Counted from the first letter of the stretch, positions 50,824 to 63,996 are shown. The stretch is 64,000 bases of DNA from Paraspadella gotoi (GCA_051294375.1 CM119266.1:10131677-10195676); one strand, 5' to 3'. Made by a program: numbers and translations. The notes: generated by a model not told the origin, from the sequence alone.

Positions 50824-51400
50824 TGAACGACCAAAGAGATGTCAACTGTATTATTTTTTCAACGCGATAACTCAGCTGGTACCTTTTTAAATTTCTCTTT
50901 TTTATTACGCAGAATGTCATAGATCTTTTTTTTAATTTTTAAAGAGTTTTTTAAACCAGAATGTAAAAACGGTGCCGATCCATGAATCTGTAATTCAAAA
51001 CACTACAACTATCAAAACCGAGTTTTAAAAGTTAATGCAACACTTTTCTAAAGTAGCGGTTGTTTTGTATTTTAGTTGAATTACAATATTAATTTTAACA
51101 TTATTTGTAAATCGCTTAGGGAAGAAAGAAAGAAGGAAAGAAAAAAAAGAAATTGCAGAAGAAATAAACAGTTGAAAATGAAATTAAAACATTTAGTAAG
51201 AAATTAAAATATATTAGTTTTTTAATGGTTTACAACAAATGATAAACTGTTTTTAACTTTGAAAAAGTACGAAAAGATTTTGGTGCATTTAAAAATCAAA
51301 CACTACAATCGAAAGAAACAATCAACTTTACAACTGTGAATAAACAAGTTTGAGAAAGACATGCCGGATCTGCCCACGATCATACGTAGTAATTGATTAT

Positions 51401-51622
51401 GGAAGAGACATAAATTATTGTTATGTGTTAATGACAGAACCGTTCAATATAAGCAGTCGCTGAGCTTCGGATCAGGCTGTAACACTGTGTTAACAGCGGG
51501 TAAGCGCCCCGTCCCTCTTAACTGCTAGGCGGCCACCGGGCTAGAACCCCGGCCTTTGGGTGGGAGGCGAATGACTTGCCTCTGGCAACAATGGCGCGTT
51601 GGGATTGATTTTAGCTACCATG
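51401..51622 (-). mobile_element. tRNA-derived element (duplicate of 59142-59363)
   Basis: GAAGAGACA...CAGAACCGTTCAATATAAGCAGTC...CTAGAACCCCGG. Confidence 0.75.
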
Positions 51623-51900
51623 TTATAATTAATAATTAATTAAAATTATCAAGATCGCGGCATTGTAGCTCAAGAATTTGTTGTGTGTTTAGTTCTTTCG
51701 TCTGACGACGACTAAAAGCAACGAACGACCATGATGGCGATGGTGACGACGATAACAACAACATCGATTAATGATGTTTTTTACATAATAATAAGTTGAC
51801 TGAGCGAACAAGATTGGGGACGGGAGCCGACAAAGTTAATTATAGAAAAAAAATAAACATGCGTAAGGTTCCTTTAGTCAAATCATTCACGATTAAGATT

Positions 51901-53295
51901 TCAAGCGGGCGACCGACCTTTGTGCATATTTTCCCTCACCTTTCCAACGGTGCGAACCTGAAAGCCAAAAGGACTAAATTCAACAATCTCCATATAGCCC
52001 AAATGAGGACATCCGCCATCCACGGCGAGATGCGCCCGCCGACTGTTGCCGATCAACTGGTAAAAGGTGAATCATGAAGACTTCCTCGTATCTTTGGTGG
52101 GATCAAGTGTCCGGTATCGTCACGCTGAGATTCCAAAACTGTCTCGCGTCCGACGGTCGTTTTCAAAAAGGCTATCTTACCTGCAGTCTTCTAGTTTTTC
52201 GCGTTCTTTCTTCTCCCTCATAAACGTTGTCTTTGGTGGGCTGAAACCTCTCCAATTCTTTCCGAATTCTCTTTCAAAGAGTCCGCTTATTGTGCTTATG
52301 ATGCTTCGAATTAATCACACGGAGAGTCCCTGCCACCTCCGAGTGTTGCGCAGACTGGGCTTGCACTGCCGCAAAACCTTCTCACAATCTTTCATCCGAC
52401 GCAGCCTTCTCAAGCACTTCCGCCGCCCTTCCACTATCTCGCAATTGCATCTCGACACGTGAGTAGAGTCCATCCATTTTTTGTTTGCGATATGCTCGCT
52501 GGTCCATTCGGGCCAATCATGGCGCTGCAGTTTTTTGGAATGAAATACTTCGTGGCGTATGATCGTAGGACAGTCGATTCCGACGGAAGGAGTGAGGAAC
52601 AAAAAAATGATCATCGTTGGAGTCTTGATGTTGTTAGACTGTGGCCATCCATGTCTGGCACAATTATGGGGAAAACGGCAGCGGCCAAGCAAAATTCTTT
52701 AAGCCTGAATCGTAAGGCTGGCTTCGTCGAGTAAATAACAGCCGTTCGGCCAATAAGGCAGCCACTCCCGTTTGAAAATGATTGGCATAACCCTTTGTTT
52801 TCCGCAAGAATTCGGCCCGAAATCTTCAGAATGATATCTTCAGCGTCCAAGAAGAAGGCGAATCGTTTTGTTCAATTTGACGCTTTCCTGGCTAGAAATT
52901 GGAAGAAGACGGACCTCGTGCCTCTGTGAAATTGGCTGACGATTATCTTTTTCGACAGACTCGACGCAGGCGGCTCCCGCGTGATCTTTTCCGCAGTGCC
53001 AGCTCGAAGAACTCTTTTTTGATCAAAAATAGTCGGTCGAATCCGATTGAAGGCAGCGGGCAAGCAACTCCTCTCCTCTTCGATTATCCTCGTGGCCACC
53101 GGACCGTCCAGATATTGACGACCGCGACGAAGATCTGGAAGATCATGAAAGGACGTAGGAGGAGAAAGATGACGCAGGAGCCAGAGGCAGAGGCGGACGC
53201 GGTTTCTGCGTCGGCGTCAGCGCGGCGTCCGCGGCGCAAATAGCGGGGCGGCGCCGTTGGATGCGTCGTCGATTCCACGGAAGGAATTAAACATT
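51901..53295 (-). pseudogene. Frameshifted copy of the DEG/ENaC gene (probably uncorrected read errors)
   Basis: Fragments FMIFQIFVAVV, TKPALRFRLKEF, HDWPEWT and MKDCEKVLRQCKPS match 59644-60936. Confidence 0.8.
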
Positions 53296-56200
53296 TTTCT
53301 TTGAGAAATCTGGTCAGTAGAAAAATAATCAACATGGGTTGCGGAAAATAAATACCGCTCACTTCGTTATGGGCCAGATCGCTTCGATAAAACAGCTATG
53401 GATACTGACGTACATAGCGCCTATATTAAAAGTTTTTTTGTGTCAAATACTTCACAGAAGGAATATAAATTTTTCAACCTAGAAATTTTAATAATAAACG
53501 TTATATACATATTTAGTTAAGTTAGCGGAAAAATTGATAAGAATTAATTAATAAAAATGCGTAACTTAAAACTGTGTTATTGCAAATATTGTTGGTGCAG
53601 TATTTCGATTTTTTTTTTGGCTTACCATGAGTGAATGCAGTCATTTTAAATTTAAATAGAACTTCGTACATACGTAGAAATCGGCCCAGCTATGTTTTCT
53701 TCATAAATAGGACCGCTTGCCAAACAAAGTTCGTCAACCGTTGGAGTGAAAGAGTGTGCGACGGATAGATGATGGATGGATTATTGGATATATACAATCT
53801 CGGAGTTTAATTTCCCTCAATGGGCTAAATAGAAATAGTTAGATTTGGATAATGCCATTCTTAAATACGGATTTGGTTTCTCTATCGATGCTGTTATACT
53901 AAAATAATTTAAGGAATTAGGATAACGCGGGTGATATGGAAAGGGACTTTATTGTGTAAATTTGGGCTAGCGAACGAGTATGATGTTTTAAAAAAAAGGG
54001 TTTTAGATTTATAGTAAGAAATGCGATAAATTTTCTCATACGTTATGTCAACTTCATTATTATTTTTTGTTTTATTAGTAAAAAAAAAACCAAAAACAAA
54101 ATAACGAACTTTTTTTCTCCCTAATTATTTTTGTTTTGGCTAATCTTTTCTCATTTTTCCGTTTTTTAAGTGGTTTAGAATTCGCCGAAGCCTCTTGCGT
54201 CGCCAAGTCTAAAATGGGAGTTCTGGACAACTTTGTCAATGAAGAAGGAAAAGTGGTCCAGGGTACGGGGGAAGTTTCTTGAAAGTGGGTCGTTAGGGAA
54301 GAGAGTAGGGTTTGAGTTTGAGAAGGGGAAAAAGGGGTACAAAGTATCGGGAAATGGCAAAGGGACGAAAGAAATTTGGGGGGGAGGGGGAAAGGATTTT
54401 AGGTGAGTTTTTTTGAGGCTAAAAATGAAATGGAAATGCGTGCGGGGTTGACAGAGGAAGGAAAGAGAAGAGAAAACGCGCCGTGGGCGTTGAAAAGAAT
54501 ATTAAGGGAAAAGGGAGGTGGGGAGGGGCGGGTTAAAATTTAAATGGAGATGGGGGGGGTAAGTCTCGGGAGTATATTCGGGGATGAATAAACCATACAG
54601 GATTGAAAATGAATTTAAAAATAAAGTTACTAATAAAGTTAATACTAATACGATCGGTGACCGAAAGGAAGTTAAGTGTAATCACTGTTATGCACTAACT
54701 GCACTAATCAAGTAATGGCATTTATCTTTCTACTTTAAAAATTATCTTTAGTAATAATTGCAAAAATAAGTGGCATATTAGCTCGTATTTTGCCTTTGCC
54801 TCTCCTTTCCTAAAGGAGGATGATTCGCGGTTTTTTAAAAAATTAAAGGCAGAAATCAACAGGAAAGCAGAAACTAATTTATAGAATTTTGGCGACAAAA
54901 AAAAATCATTAAAATCGATTATTTTTTTATTTTGAAAGTTCATTGACTCCGCGATTACGTTAGTGATAAAACTTAATTATTCTTCATGGATTATTGGTAC
55001 TAATCTTTGAGTGTGATAAATAAGGGGCAAGCACTGAGGGTAAAAATTTGATGATGTTAGGAAAACTAGAACAGCGATTTTTTTTTAAATAGAGACCGGT
55101 TTGTTGAGTTTTGAATTGTGCTTTATGAAAGTAAAAAAAAGTGCTAAAATTTTGTTTTAAAGGTTTATTGAGGATTTTACCGGTTAACGCGTGGAGCCGA
55201 GCTAGTGTTTTCTGACTTGGCTATTTATTTATAGAGATTCGAGAATGTAAATTTAGTAATATTTATTGGTAGTAGACATAACATTGAGCGTGAGACGTTA
55301 AAGCAAGTAGAAGGGAGACTATTTCTAAAGATATAACAAAAAAAAAAGGAACTTATAAAAATAGTCAACTTAAGCTTAAACGATAAATTACAAAATATCA
55401 TTTTAATGCTTACCGACCTGTCAACAGAATGCGATTGGTAACTTAATGCCTCGTAGTTTTAGGTAAGCAGCAATCTCTTTTAATATCTTTGGTTAAAGGC
55501 AAGCAATGCATAAAGGACTTAACCAATCAGAGAGCGACCTTTTTAAAATACTTGATGCAATTCAGTATACTTTCGTAAGGCAACAAAAATATCGAATTGC
55601 AAAGTAATAAATAAGGGCCATAAACAATCCGAGAGAGCTAATCTCGTAACAATAAAAAATTTAACAAAGGTTAATTTTAAAACGAGACGTTTGTGGAAGT
55701 AAAAAGGGCGTCATAAACTAATGTCGTCGTGACTTTTTAACGTTAAAAAAATTATAGGAAGAGAAAATGCATGATCCGCAGGCGTTTTGTGCGCTTATAA
55801 AATGACGTAGAAACTCGGGCGCTGAATAAAATATCTGAACTAGTATTAAGGCTTTAAGCATTGACAATGGGATTTTACAAGCGAGAGAGAGATTAATGAA
55901 GGACAGAGGTTAATACTAAATTTTTTAAATAATCTCCTTTGAATTTGATGTCTCTTTCACAACTAAATATAATATAATATAATATAATATGAAATTGGTA
56001 CAACAATATAAAAATTATCCATTTCATTTAATAAATAAGCTATCCTTAATAGCTTTAATATATATTTTTTTTTTTGAAGAAGGCAGTAAAATAACTCTCG
56101 TGGGGAGAGAGCGCTGGATCGAGGGCGAGAAACCCGCGCCCGTGAATGGATATAATGAGGGGAGACCGCGGAGATTAAAACGATAGGCTCGACGATTTTA

Positions 56201-57390
56201 AGTAGGCTGTTGTGGGTGAGAGGCTTAACGAGATCGTGATTTGGGCGAGCAGCAAAGGAGGGCTCGGAGCGGAGAGGGGCAATGTTTGTCGGAAGGGGGC
56301 AAGCATTAGATATAAAACGCGTGAGAAGCTAAGAGGTTTTGAGATTGAAATAACAAATAATTGTGAAAGCAGGATATTAGTCTTATTACTATTCGTGAGA
56401 ATTGTAGGTTAAGGGTCATAGTGCCCCTTTTTTTTGAACCCTTAAGATGGCAGAAATGAAAACAAACTGGCAGGGGGGAAGCTCTGAACAAGACTAAGGA
56501 TGTAAATTGGTGTAATGCGGAGAGGGAAAGTGTGTGGTCTGGTGTATTTAAAATGGTGTAGCATAGGAGTTTATGTAGGAAGCGGAAGTGAAAACCAAAA
56601 AAAAATGAATGTGGATAGAACGCGTGGGAAGAGGAAGAGAAATTGAGGGTTGGAATTTTAAAAAAAATAACGCTAGTCGTAAATTCGCGATAGAGGGCGC
56701 TGAGACGGGAATGAGGGGGAGCTCAGGGGGGGGGCCAGGGGGAGGGCGAGGCGAGATTTAAAATGCAGGCCATTGATGTAAAAAAGAAAAAAAAAAATTG
56801 CAGGAGCGTGCATCGATGGGGCTGAGCGCTGATGAACGGTTGGTGGATTTTAGTCCACCACAGTTCATTTATTTACATTAAGTATTAAGTAAGCTATCAA
56901 GTCTCTGACTAGGGATATACTTTGGTAGGTTAAGGCCTTAATCCGTCTTACAAGATAATAACATAAAACGACCCGGGGATGTTTCATTCTATTCTCTCTC
57001 ATGATGTTATGATGTACTGCAATTTGTCAGGTATTGTAATATTGTTGCCATTTCGACGCGTGTTGAGTGTCGACCTTACTAAATCTGTTTGGTCGTCACA
57101 AGAGCGAAGCTTTTTTCTTTATTACTCTTTAATTATATAGCAGTGTGGCGATCCTCAATTTGCCTCCCGTATATCTTTGGCTTGGAACAGCTATGTACTC
57201 GTTCACCAACGCGTGACAGGAGATACAGAACTGGAACCGGATCAAAGACTGCGGGAAGAAATCACCGAAATGGAATCATGCTTTCGTTTCGTTTTTTGTT
57301 TTTTTTTTTTTTTGAAAAGCCCTCCTCTGTCTCTTCCCGCTTTAAAATCAAAACAAATAAAATAAATTTAACCGACATTTAAAAACTTAG

Positions 57391-57610
57391 GCCACGGCTA
57401 TAGATGGACGGGAAGCGAAAAGGACGACCTGGGCGACTTTCAACTTCCCGCCGAAGCCTTCGACGATTTTCGTCTGACGCCGACGACGGCGGGAGAGACG
57501 CTCTTCTTCGCTCCGGACGACGTGGATCTCTTCGTTTGGCAAAAGGAGGCGTCCGAGTTTAAGGACTGCAAAGTCGTCGACGGTAGGCGGGTCAACGAAT
57601 TGAGCAGAGG

Positions 57611-57651
<41 letters not shown>

Positions 57652-57859
57652 CGGCGGCACATCCCAAAGGCCAACGCCTCACCGACGAGGAAAGGATCGA
57701 AAAGGTCGTGACGGTGTTGACGACGGTGAAGGAGTTGTTGGCGGAGGTTCGCCTCCGGCCTTTCATCAGCAAAGGAGTTCTGCTAGGATGGTTTCGTCAA
57801 TGCAGTTACATTCCGGGCGACTATGACCTCGACTTCTTCGGTTTTGGTGGAATGGACGC
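57391..57859 (+). CDS. Fukutin-like (LicD/nucleotidyltransferase fold) exon 2
   Basis: TTAG| acceptor and |GTGAGT donor. Open frame HGYRWTG...[38 protein letters not shown]...[26 protein letters not shown] resembles the fukutin motif [20 protein letters not shown] and keeps the DxD. Confidence 0.85.
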
Positions 57860-57873
57860 GTGAGTTAGGGGAG

Positions 57874-58120
<247 letters not shown>

Positions 58121-58229
58121 ACGCTGCTCACCTTCCAGACTGTTTATCTTAATTTTCCGTGAATGATCAGAAAACAGACATTATCTTATTTTATAATATT
58201 AATCTTTTTTTTTTTTTTGTTCGACTCAG

Positions 58230-58602
58230 TTACCCCGAGATGATACGCCGTTCGGTTTCTCGTCGCGAAGTCCATTTTTGGCATCTGGGCGTCGTCAAAT
58301 ACGGTTTCGATCCGGCAAAGTTAAACCACAACGGATTCTTCTATCACTACAACATCTCGGGCTTGCACGTCGACGTTTGGCTCATGGCTCCGAGGAGGGA
58401 ACACGGCACTTCCGAGTTTGTGACCGGAGTCCCCTACTACGACTTCACCGTCCGGGTCTGCTCCGCCGAACTTCACGGGGTCTTGGTTCACGTGCCTTGT
58501 TCCGACGAGGAGACGGACAGAATGCTCAAAGTTCTGGTGGGAAAGGGCTATATGCGTCCCAAGGAAAAAAAGGAATATCTGATACATCCCGTATCCGTTT
58601 AG
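58230..58602 (+). CDS. Fukutin-like exon 3 (terminal)
   Basis: Poly-T plus CAG acceptor, in phase with exon 2 (GC|T). GLHVDVW and VCSAELHGVLVHVPC resemble fukutin KLDVFF and LCWTEFVDMKVHVPC. TAG stop. Confidence 0.85.
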
Positions 58603-59141
58603 TGAACACCAATGAGATTCAAGTATTATTTTTTCAACGGATAACTCAGCTGGTACCTTAAATTTCTCTTTTTTATTACGCAGAATGTATAGATCTTTTT
58701 TTTAATTTTAAAGCTTTTTTAACCAAATGATAAAAACGGTCCGATCCATGAATCTGTAATTCAACTACAACTATCAAACCCAGTTTTAAAAGTTAATGCA
58801 GCACTTTTCTAAAGTACGTTGTTTGTATTTAGTTGAATTACATATATTAATTTTTACATTATTGTAAATTGCTTAGGGAAGAAAGAAAGAAGGAAAGAAA
58901 AAAAAGAATTCAGAAAAAAATAAAAGTTGAAAATGAAATTAAAAATTTAGTAAGAAAAAAAATTATAAGTTTTTAATGGTTTACAACAATGATAAAATGT
59001 TTTTACTTGAAAAAGTCGAAAATTTTGTCTTTAAATCAAACACTACAAATCGAAAGAAACAATACAACTTTACAATGTGAATAAACAAGTTTGAGAAAAC
59101 AATGCCGGATCTGCCCACGATCATACGTAGTAATTGATTAT

Positions 59142-59363
59142 GAAGAGACAGTAATTATTGTTATGTGTTAATGACAGAACCGTTCAATATAAGCAGTCCC
59201 TGAGCTTCGGATCAGGCTGTAACACTGTGTTACAGGCGGGTTAAGCGCCCCGTCCCTCTTAACTGCTAGGCGGCCACCGGGCTAGAACCCCGGACCTTTG
59301 GGATGGGAGGCGAATGACTTGCCTCTGGCACCAATGGCCGCGTTGGTGGATTTTAGACTACCA
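59142..59363 (-). mobile_element. tRNA-derived element between the convergent fukutin-like and DEG/ENaC genes
   Basis: Perfect acceptor stem GCGGCCA/TGGCCGC; body hairpins CTGTAACAC/GTGTTACAG and CCTGA..TCAGG. Confidence 0.8.
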
Positions 59364-59643
59364 TAATTAAATAATTAAATAATTAATTAAAATTAATCAG
59401 ATCCGGCATTGTTAGCTCAAATTTGTTTGTTTTAGGTCTTTTCGTCAATGACGACGACAAAAGCAACAACGACCATGATGGCGATGGTGACGACGATAAC
59501 AACAACATCGATTAATTGATGTTTTTTACATAATATAAGTGACTGAGCGACAAGATTGTGGGGACGGACCGACAAAGTTAATTATAGAAAAAAAAATCAT
59601 ACAGTAAGGTTCCTTTAGTCACAATACATTCACGATTAAGATT

Positions 59644-60936
59644 TCAAGCGGGCGACGACCTGTTGTGCCATATTTTCCTCAGCCTTTCCAACGCGACCCT
59701 GAAAGCCAAAAGACTAAATTCAACAATCTCCATAAGCCCAATGATGGACATCCCCATCCACAGCCCGAGATGGCCGCCGACTGTGCCGATCAACTGGTAA
59801 AAGGTGATCATGTAGACTTCCTCGTATCTTTGGTGGATCAAGTTCCGGTATCTCACGCTGAGATTCCAAACTGTCTCGCCGTCGACGTCGTTTTCCAAAA
59901 AAGCTTCTTCTGCGTCTTCCCGTTTTTCCAGTTCTTCTTCTCCCTCATAAACGTTGTCTTTGGTGGGCTGAACCTCTCCAATCTTTCCGAATTCTCTTTC
60001 AAAGAGTCGCTTATTGTGCTTATGATGCTTCGAATTAATCACCGAGAGTCCCTGCCACCCCGAGTGTTCGCAGCTGGGCTTGCACTGCCGCAAAACCTTC
60101 TCACAATCTTTCATCGACCAGCCTTTCAAGCACTTCGCCGCCTTCACTATCGCCATGCATCTCGACACGGAGTAGGAGTCATCCATTTTTGCGTATCTCC
60201 TGGTCCATTCGGGCCAATCATGGCTGCAGTTTTTGATGAAAGTCTTCGTGGCGTAATGATCGTAGGACAAGTCGATTCCGACGGAGGAGTCGAGGACAAA
60301 AAATAGATCATCGTTGGAGTCCTTGATGTTGTAGACTGTGGCCATCAATGTCTGGCACATTATGGGGAAAACGCAGCGCCAAGCAAATTCTTTAAGCCTG
60401 AATCGTAAGGCTGGCTTCGTCGACGTCGCCAATAAGGCACCATCTCCGTTGAAAATGATTGCATCAACCCTTTTTTCCCAAGAATTCGGCCCGAAATCTT
60501 CGAAGATATCTTCAGCGTCCAAGAAGAACGAATCGTTGTTCAATTTGACGACTTCCTGGCAGAAATTGGAGAAGACGGACTCGTCCTCTGTGAAATTGCT
60601 GACGATATACTTTTCGCAGACTCGACGAGCGGCTCCCGCGTGATCTTCGCAGGCCGACTCGAAGAACTCTTTTTTGATCAAAAATAGTCGGTCGAATCCG
60701 ATTGAAGGCAGCGGCAGCAACTCCTCCCTCTCCGATATCCTCGTGGCCACCGGACCGTCCAGATATTGGACGACCGCGACGAAGATCTGGAAGATCATGA
60801 AGGACGAGGAGGAGAAGATGACGAGGAGCCAGAGGCAGCGGCGGACGCGGTTCTGCGTCGGCGTCAGCGCGGCGTCCGCGGCGGCAATGCGGGCGGCGCC
60901 GTGGATCGTCGTCGATTCCAGGAAGGAATTAAACAT
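59644..60936 (-). CDS. DEG/ENaC (amiloride-sensitive sodium channel / ASIC superfamily) subunit, single exon, 430 aa
   Basis: Pre-TM1 FLESTTIHG, TM1 RRCLWLLVIF..., Cys-containing ectodomain, and YEEV..ITFYQLIGTVGGHLGLWMGMSIIGLMEIVEF (TM2 with GxS filter). Confidence 0.95.
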   Translation of the reverse strand: MFNSFLESTTIHGAARIAAADAALTPTQNRVRRCLWLLVIFSSSSFMIFQIFVAVVQYLDGPVATRISEREELLPLPSIGFDRLFLIKKEFFESACEDHAGAARRVCEKYIVSNFTEDESVFSNFCQEVVKLNNDSFFLDAEDIFEDFGPNSWEKRVDAIIFNGDGALLATSTKPALRFRLKEFAWRCVFPIMCQTLMATVYNIKDSNDDLFFVLDSSVGIDLSYDHYATKTFIKNCSHDWPEWTRRYAKMDDSYSVSRCMAIVKAAKCLKGWSMKDCEKVLRQCKPSCEHSGWQGLSVINSKHHKHNKRLFEREFGKIGEVQPTKDNVYEGEEELEKREDAEEAFLENDVDGETVWNLSVRYRNLIHQRYEEVYMITFYQLIGTVGGHLGLWMGMSIIGLMEIVEFSLLAFRVALERLRKIWHNRSSPA

Positions 60937-61777
60937 TTTTCTTTGAGAAATCTGGTCAGAAAAAAAATCAACATGGGTTTGCGGAAAAAAATACCGCTCA
61001 CTTCCGTTATGGAGATCGCTCGGATAACAAAGCTATGATATGACCAGTACATAGCCTATATTAAAAGTTTTTTTGTGTCAATACTTCACGAAGGAATATA
61101 AATTTTTCAACCTAGAATTTTAAATAAACGTTAATATAATATTTAGTTAAGTTAGCGGAAAAATTGATAAGAATTAAATTAATAAAAATGCGTAACTTAA
61201 AACTGTGTTTTGCCCAAATATTGTTGGTGGCAGTATTTGCGATTTTTTTTTTGCTTTACCATGAGTGAATGCAGTCATTTTTAAATTTAAATAGAACTTG
61301 TACATACGTAGAAATCGCCCAGCTATGTTTTCTTCATAATAGGCGCTCAGAAAAGTATCGTCAACCGTTGGAGTGAAAGAGTGTGCGACGGATAGATGGA
61401 TGGATGGATTATTGGAAATACAATCTCGAGTTTAATTTCTCTGGCAAATAGAAAATAGTTAGATTTGGATATGCATCTTAAATACGGATTTGGTTTCTCT
61501 TATCGATCTGTTATACTAAAATAATTTAAGGATTAGGGATAACCGGGTGATATGGAAAGGGAATTTTATTGTGTAATTTGGGCTACGAACGAGATGTTTT
61601 AAAAAAAGGGTTTTGATTATAGTAAGAAATCGATAAATTTCTCATACGTATGTCAAACTTCATTATTATTTTTTGTTTATTTAGTAAAAAAAAACAAAAA
61701 ACAAAAAACGAACTTTTTTCTCCCTAATTATTTTTTGGCACAATCTTTTCCTCATTTTCCCGTTTTTAAGGGTTTAG

Positions 61778-63924
61778 AATTCCCGGAAGCCTCTTGCGTC
61801 GCCAAGTCAAAATGGATTCTGGACAACTTTGTCAATGAAGAAGGAAAAGTGGGTCCAAGGGTGACGGGGGAAGTTTCTGAAAGTGGGTCGTAGGGAGAGA
61901 GTAGGGTTTGAGTTTGAGAAGGGGAAAAAGGGGTACAAAGTATCGGAATGGCAAGGGACGAAAGAATTGGGGGGGGGGAAAGGATTTTAGTGAGTTTTTT
62001 GAGGCTAAAAATGGAAATGGAAATGCGTGGGCGGGTGACAGAGGAAGGAAGAGAAGAGAAAACGCCCGTGGGCGTTGAAAAGAATATTAAGGGAGAAAGG
62101 GAGGTGGGGAGGGCGGGTAAATTTAAATGGAGATGGGGGGGGGTAAGTCTCGGGAGTAATTCGGGTGAATAAAACCATAACGATTGAAATGAATTTTAAA
62201 ATAAAGTTACTAATAAAGTAATACTAATACGAATCGGTGACCGAAAGAAATTAAGTGTAATCACTCATCACTAATCACTAATCAGTAATGGCATTTATCT
62301 TTCTTACTTTAAAATTATCTTTAGTAATAATTGCAAAAATAGTGGCATATTAGCTCGTATTTCCTTTCCTCCCTTTTCTAAGGAGGTGATTCGCGGTTTT
62401 TAAAAAATTAAAGCAGAAAATCAAACGAAGCAGAAAACTAATTTATAGGAATTTTGGCGACAAAAAAAATCATTAAAATCGATTATTTTTTTATTTTGAA
62501 GTTCATTGACTCCGCGATTACGTTAGTGATAAACTTAATTATTCTTCATGGATTATTGTACTAATCTTTGAGTGGAAAATAGGGGTAAGCACTGAAAGGG
62601 TAAAAATTTGATGATGTTAGGAAACTAGAAAAGCGATTTTTTTTAAATAGACCGGTTTGTTGAGTTTTGAATTGTCTTTATGAAAGTAAAAAAAGTGCTA
62701 AAAATTTGTTTTAGGTTAATTTAAAAACGAGACGTTTGGGAAGTAAAAAGGCGTCCATAACTAATGTCGTCGTGACTTTTTAACGTTAAAAAAAATTATA
62801 GGAAGAGAAAAATGCATGATCCCAGGCGTTGTCGCTTATAAAATGACGTAGAAACTCGGCGCTGAAATAAAATATCTGAACTAGTATTAAGGCTTTAAGC
62901 AATTGACAATGGGATTTACAAGCGAGAGAGAGATTAATGAAGGACAGAGTTAATACTAATTTATAATCTCCTTTGAATGTGATGTCTCTTTCACAACTAA
63001 TATATATAATATAATATAATATGAAATTGGTACAACCAATATAAAAATTATCCATTCATTTAATAAATAAGCTATCTTAATAGCTTAATATATATTTTTT
63101 TTTGAGAAGCGTAAAATAACTCTCGTGGGGAGAGAGCGCTGGATCGAGGGCGAGAACCCGCGCCCGTGAATGGATATAAATGAGGGGAGACCGCGGAGAT
63201 TAAAAACGAAGGCTAACGATTTTTAAGTAGGCTGTTGTGGTGAGAGGCCTTAACGAGATCGTGATTGGCGACAGCAAAGGAGGGCTGGAGCGGAGAGGGG
63301 GGGCAATGTTTGTCGGGAAGGGGGCAAGCATTAGAATATAAAAACGCGTGAGAAGCTAAGAGGTTTGAGATTGAATAACAAATAATTGTGAAAGCCAGGA
63401 TATTAGTCTTATTACTATTCGTGAGAATTGGTAGGTTAAGGGCTCATAGTGCCCTTTTTTGAACCTTAGATGGCAGAAATGAAAACAAACTGGCAGGGGG
63501 AAGCTCTGACAAAAAGACAAGGATGTAAATTGTGTAACGGAGAGGGAAGTGTGTGTCTGGTGATATTTAAATGGTGAACATAGGAGTTTATGTAGGAAGC
63601 GGAAGTGAAAACCAAAAAAAAAAAATGAATGTGGATAGAACGTGGGAAGAGGAGAAATTGAGGGTGGGAATTTTAAAAAAAAATAACGCTAGTCGTAATA
63701 TTCGCGATAGAAGGGCGCGAGAACGGAATGAGGGGGAGCTCAGGGGGGGGGCAGGGGAGCGAGGCGATTTAAAATCAGCGCCTTGATGTAAAAAAGAAAA
63801 AAAAAAATTGCAGGAGCGTCATCGATGGGGCTGAGATTTGCTGAAGAACGCTGCAGTCATTCCTGCAGAAAGTTCGATTGATATGAACACTGGGGCGAGT
63901 AATAGAATCTGGCAAATCGATAAG
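61778..63924 (+). CDS. Candidate exons of an unidentified gene, divergent from DEG/ENaC and running off the window
   Basis: AG/GT-bounded blocks: 61778-61848 (EFPEASCVAKSKWILDNFVNEEGK), ~63110-63430 (KITLVGRERWIEGE, VRGLNEIVIGDSKGG; frameshifted) and ~63814-63924 ending AAG|GTAAGG. Confidence 0.35.
63021..63078 (-). repeat. Dispersed repeat family R1 (inverted; duplicate at ~55988-56048)
   Basis: ATGAAATTGGTACAACCAATATAAAAATTATCCATTCATTTAATAAAT is the reverse complement of the R1 core. Confidence 0.7.
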
Positions 63925-63965
63925 GTAAGGTAATTATTGAGTCGCGAGACGCGACGAGGTTTCAA

Positions 63966-63996
<31 letters not shown>

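Larger units (their letters stand above)
48845..56826 (+). repeat. Second tandem duplication, copy 1 (indel-rich)
   Basis: Colinear with 56827-63832; contains fukutin-like exons 2-3, a tRNA-derived element and the DEG/ENaC gene. Confidence 0.92.

Noticed and set aside
51901-53295. Genuine DEG/ENaC paralogue expansion or pseudogenisation
   Set aside because: Differences from the intact copy are mostly 1-nt insertions spread evenly over coding and non-coding DNA, as expected from raw read error rather than evolutionary decay.
59665-61052. Plus-strand and alternate-frame ORFs overlapping DEG/ENaC
   Set aside because: Shadow ORFs of a GC-rich coding sequence.
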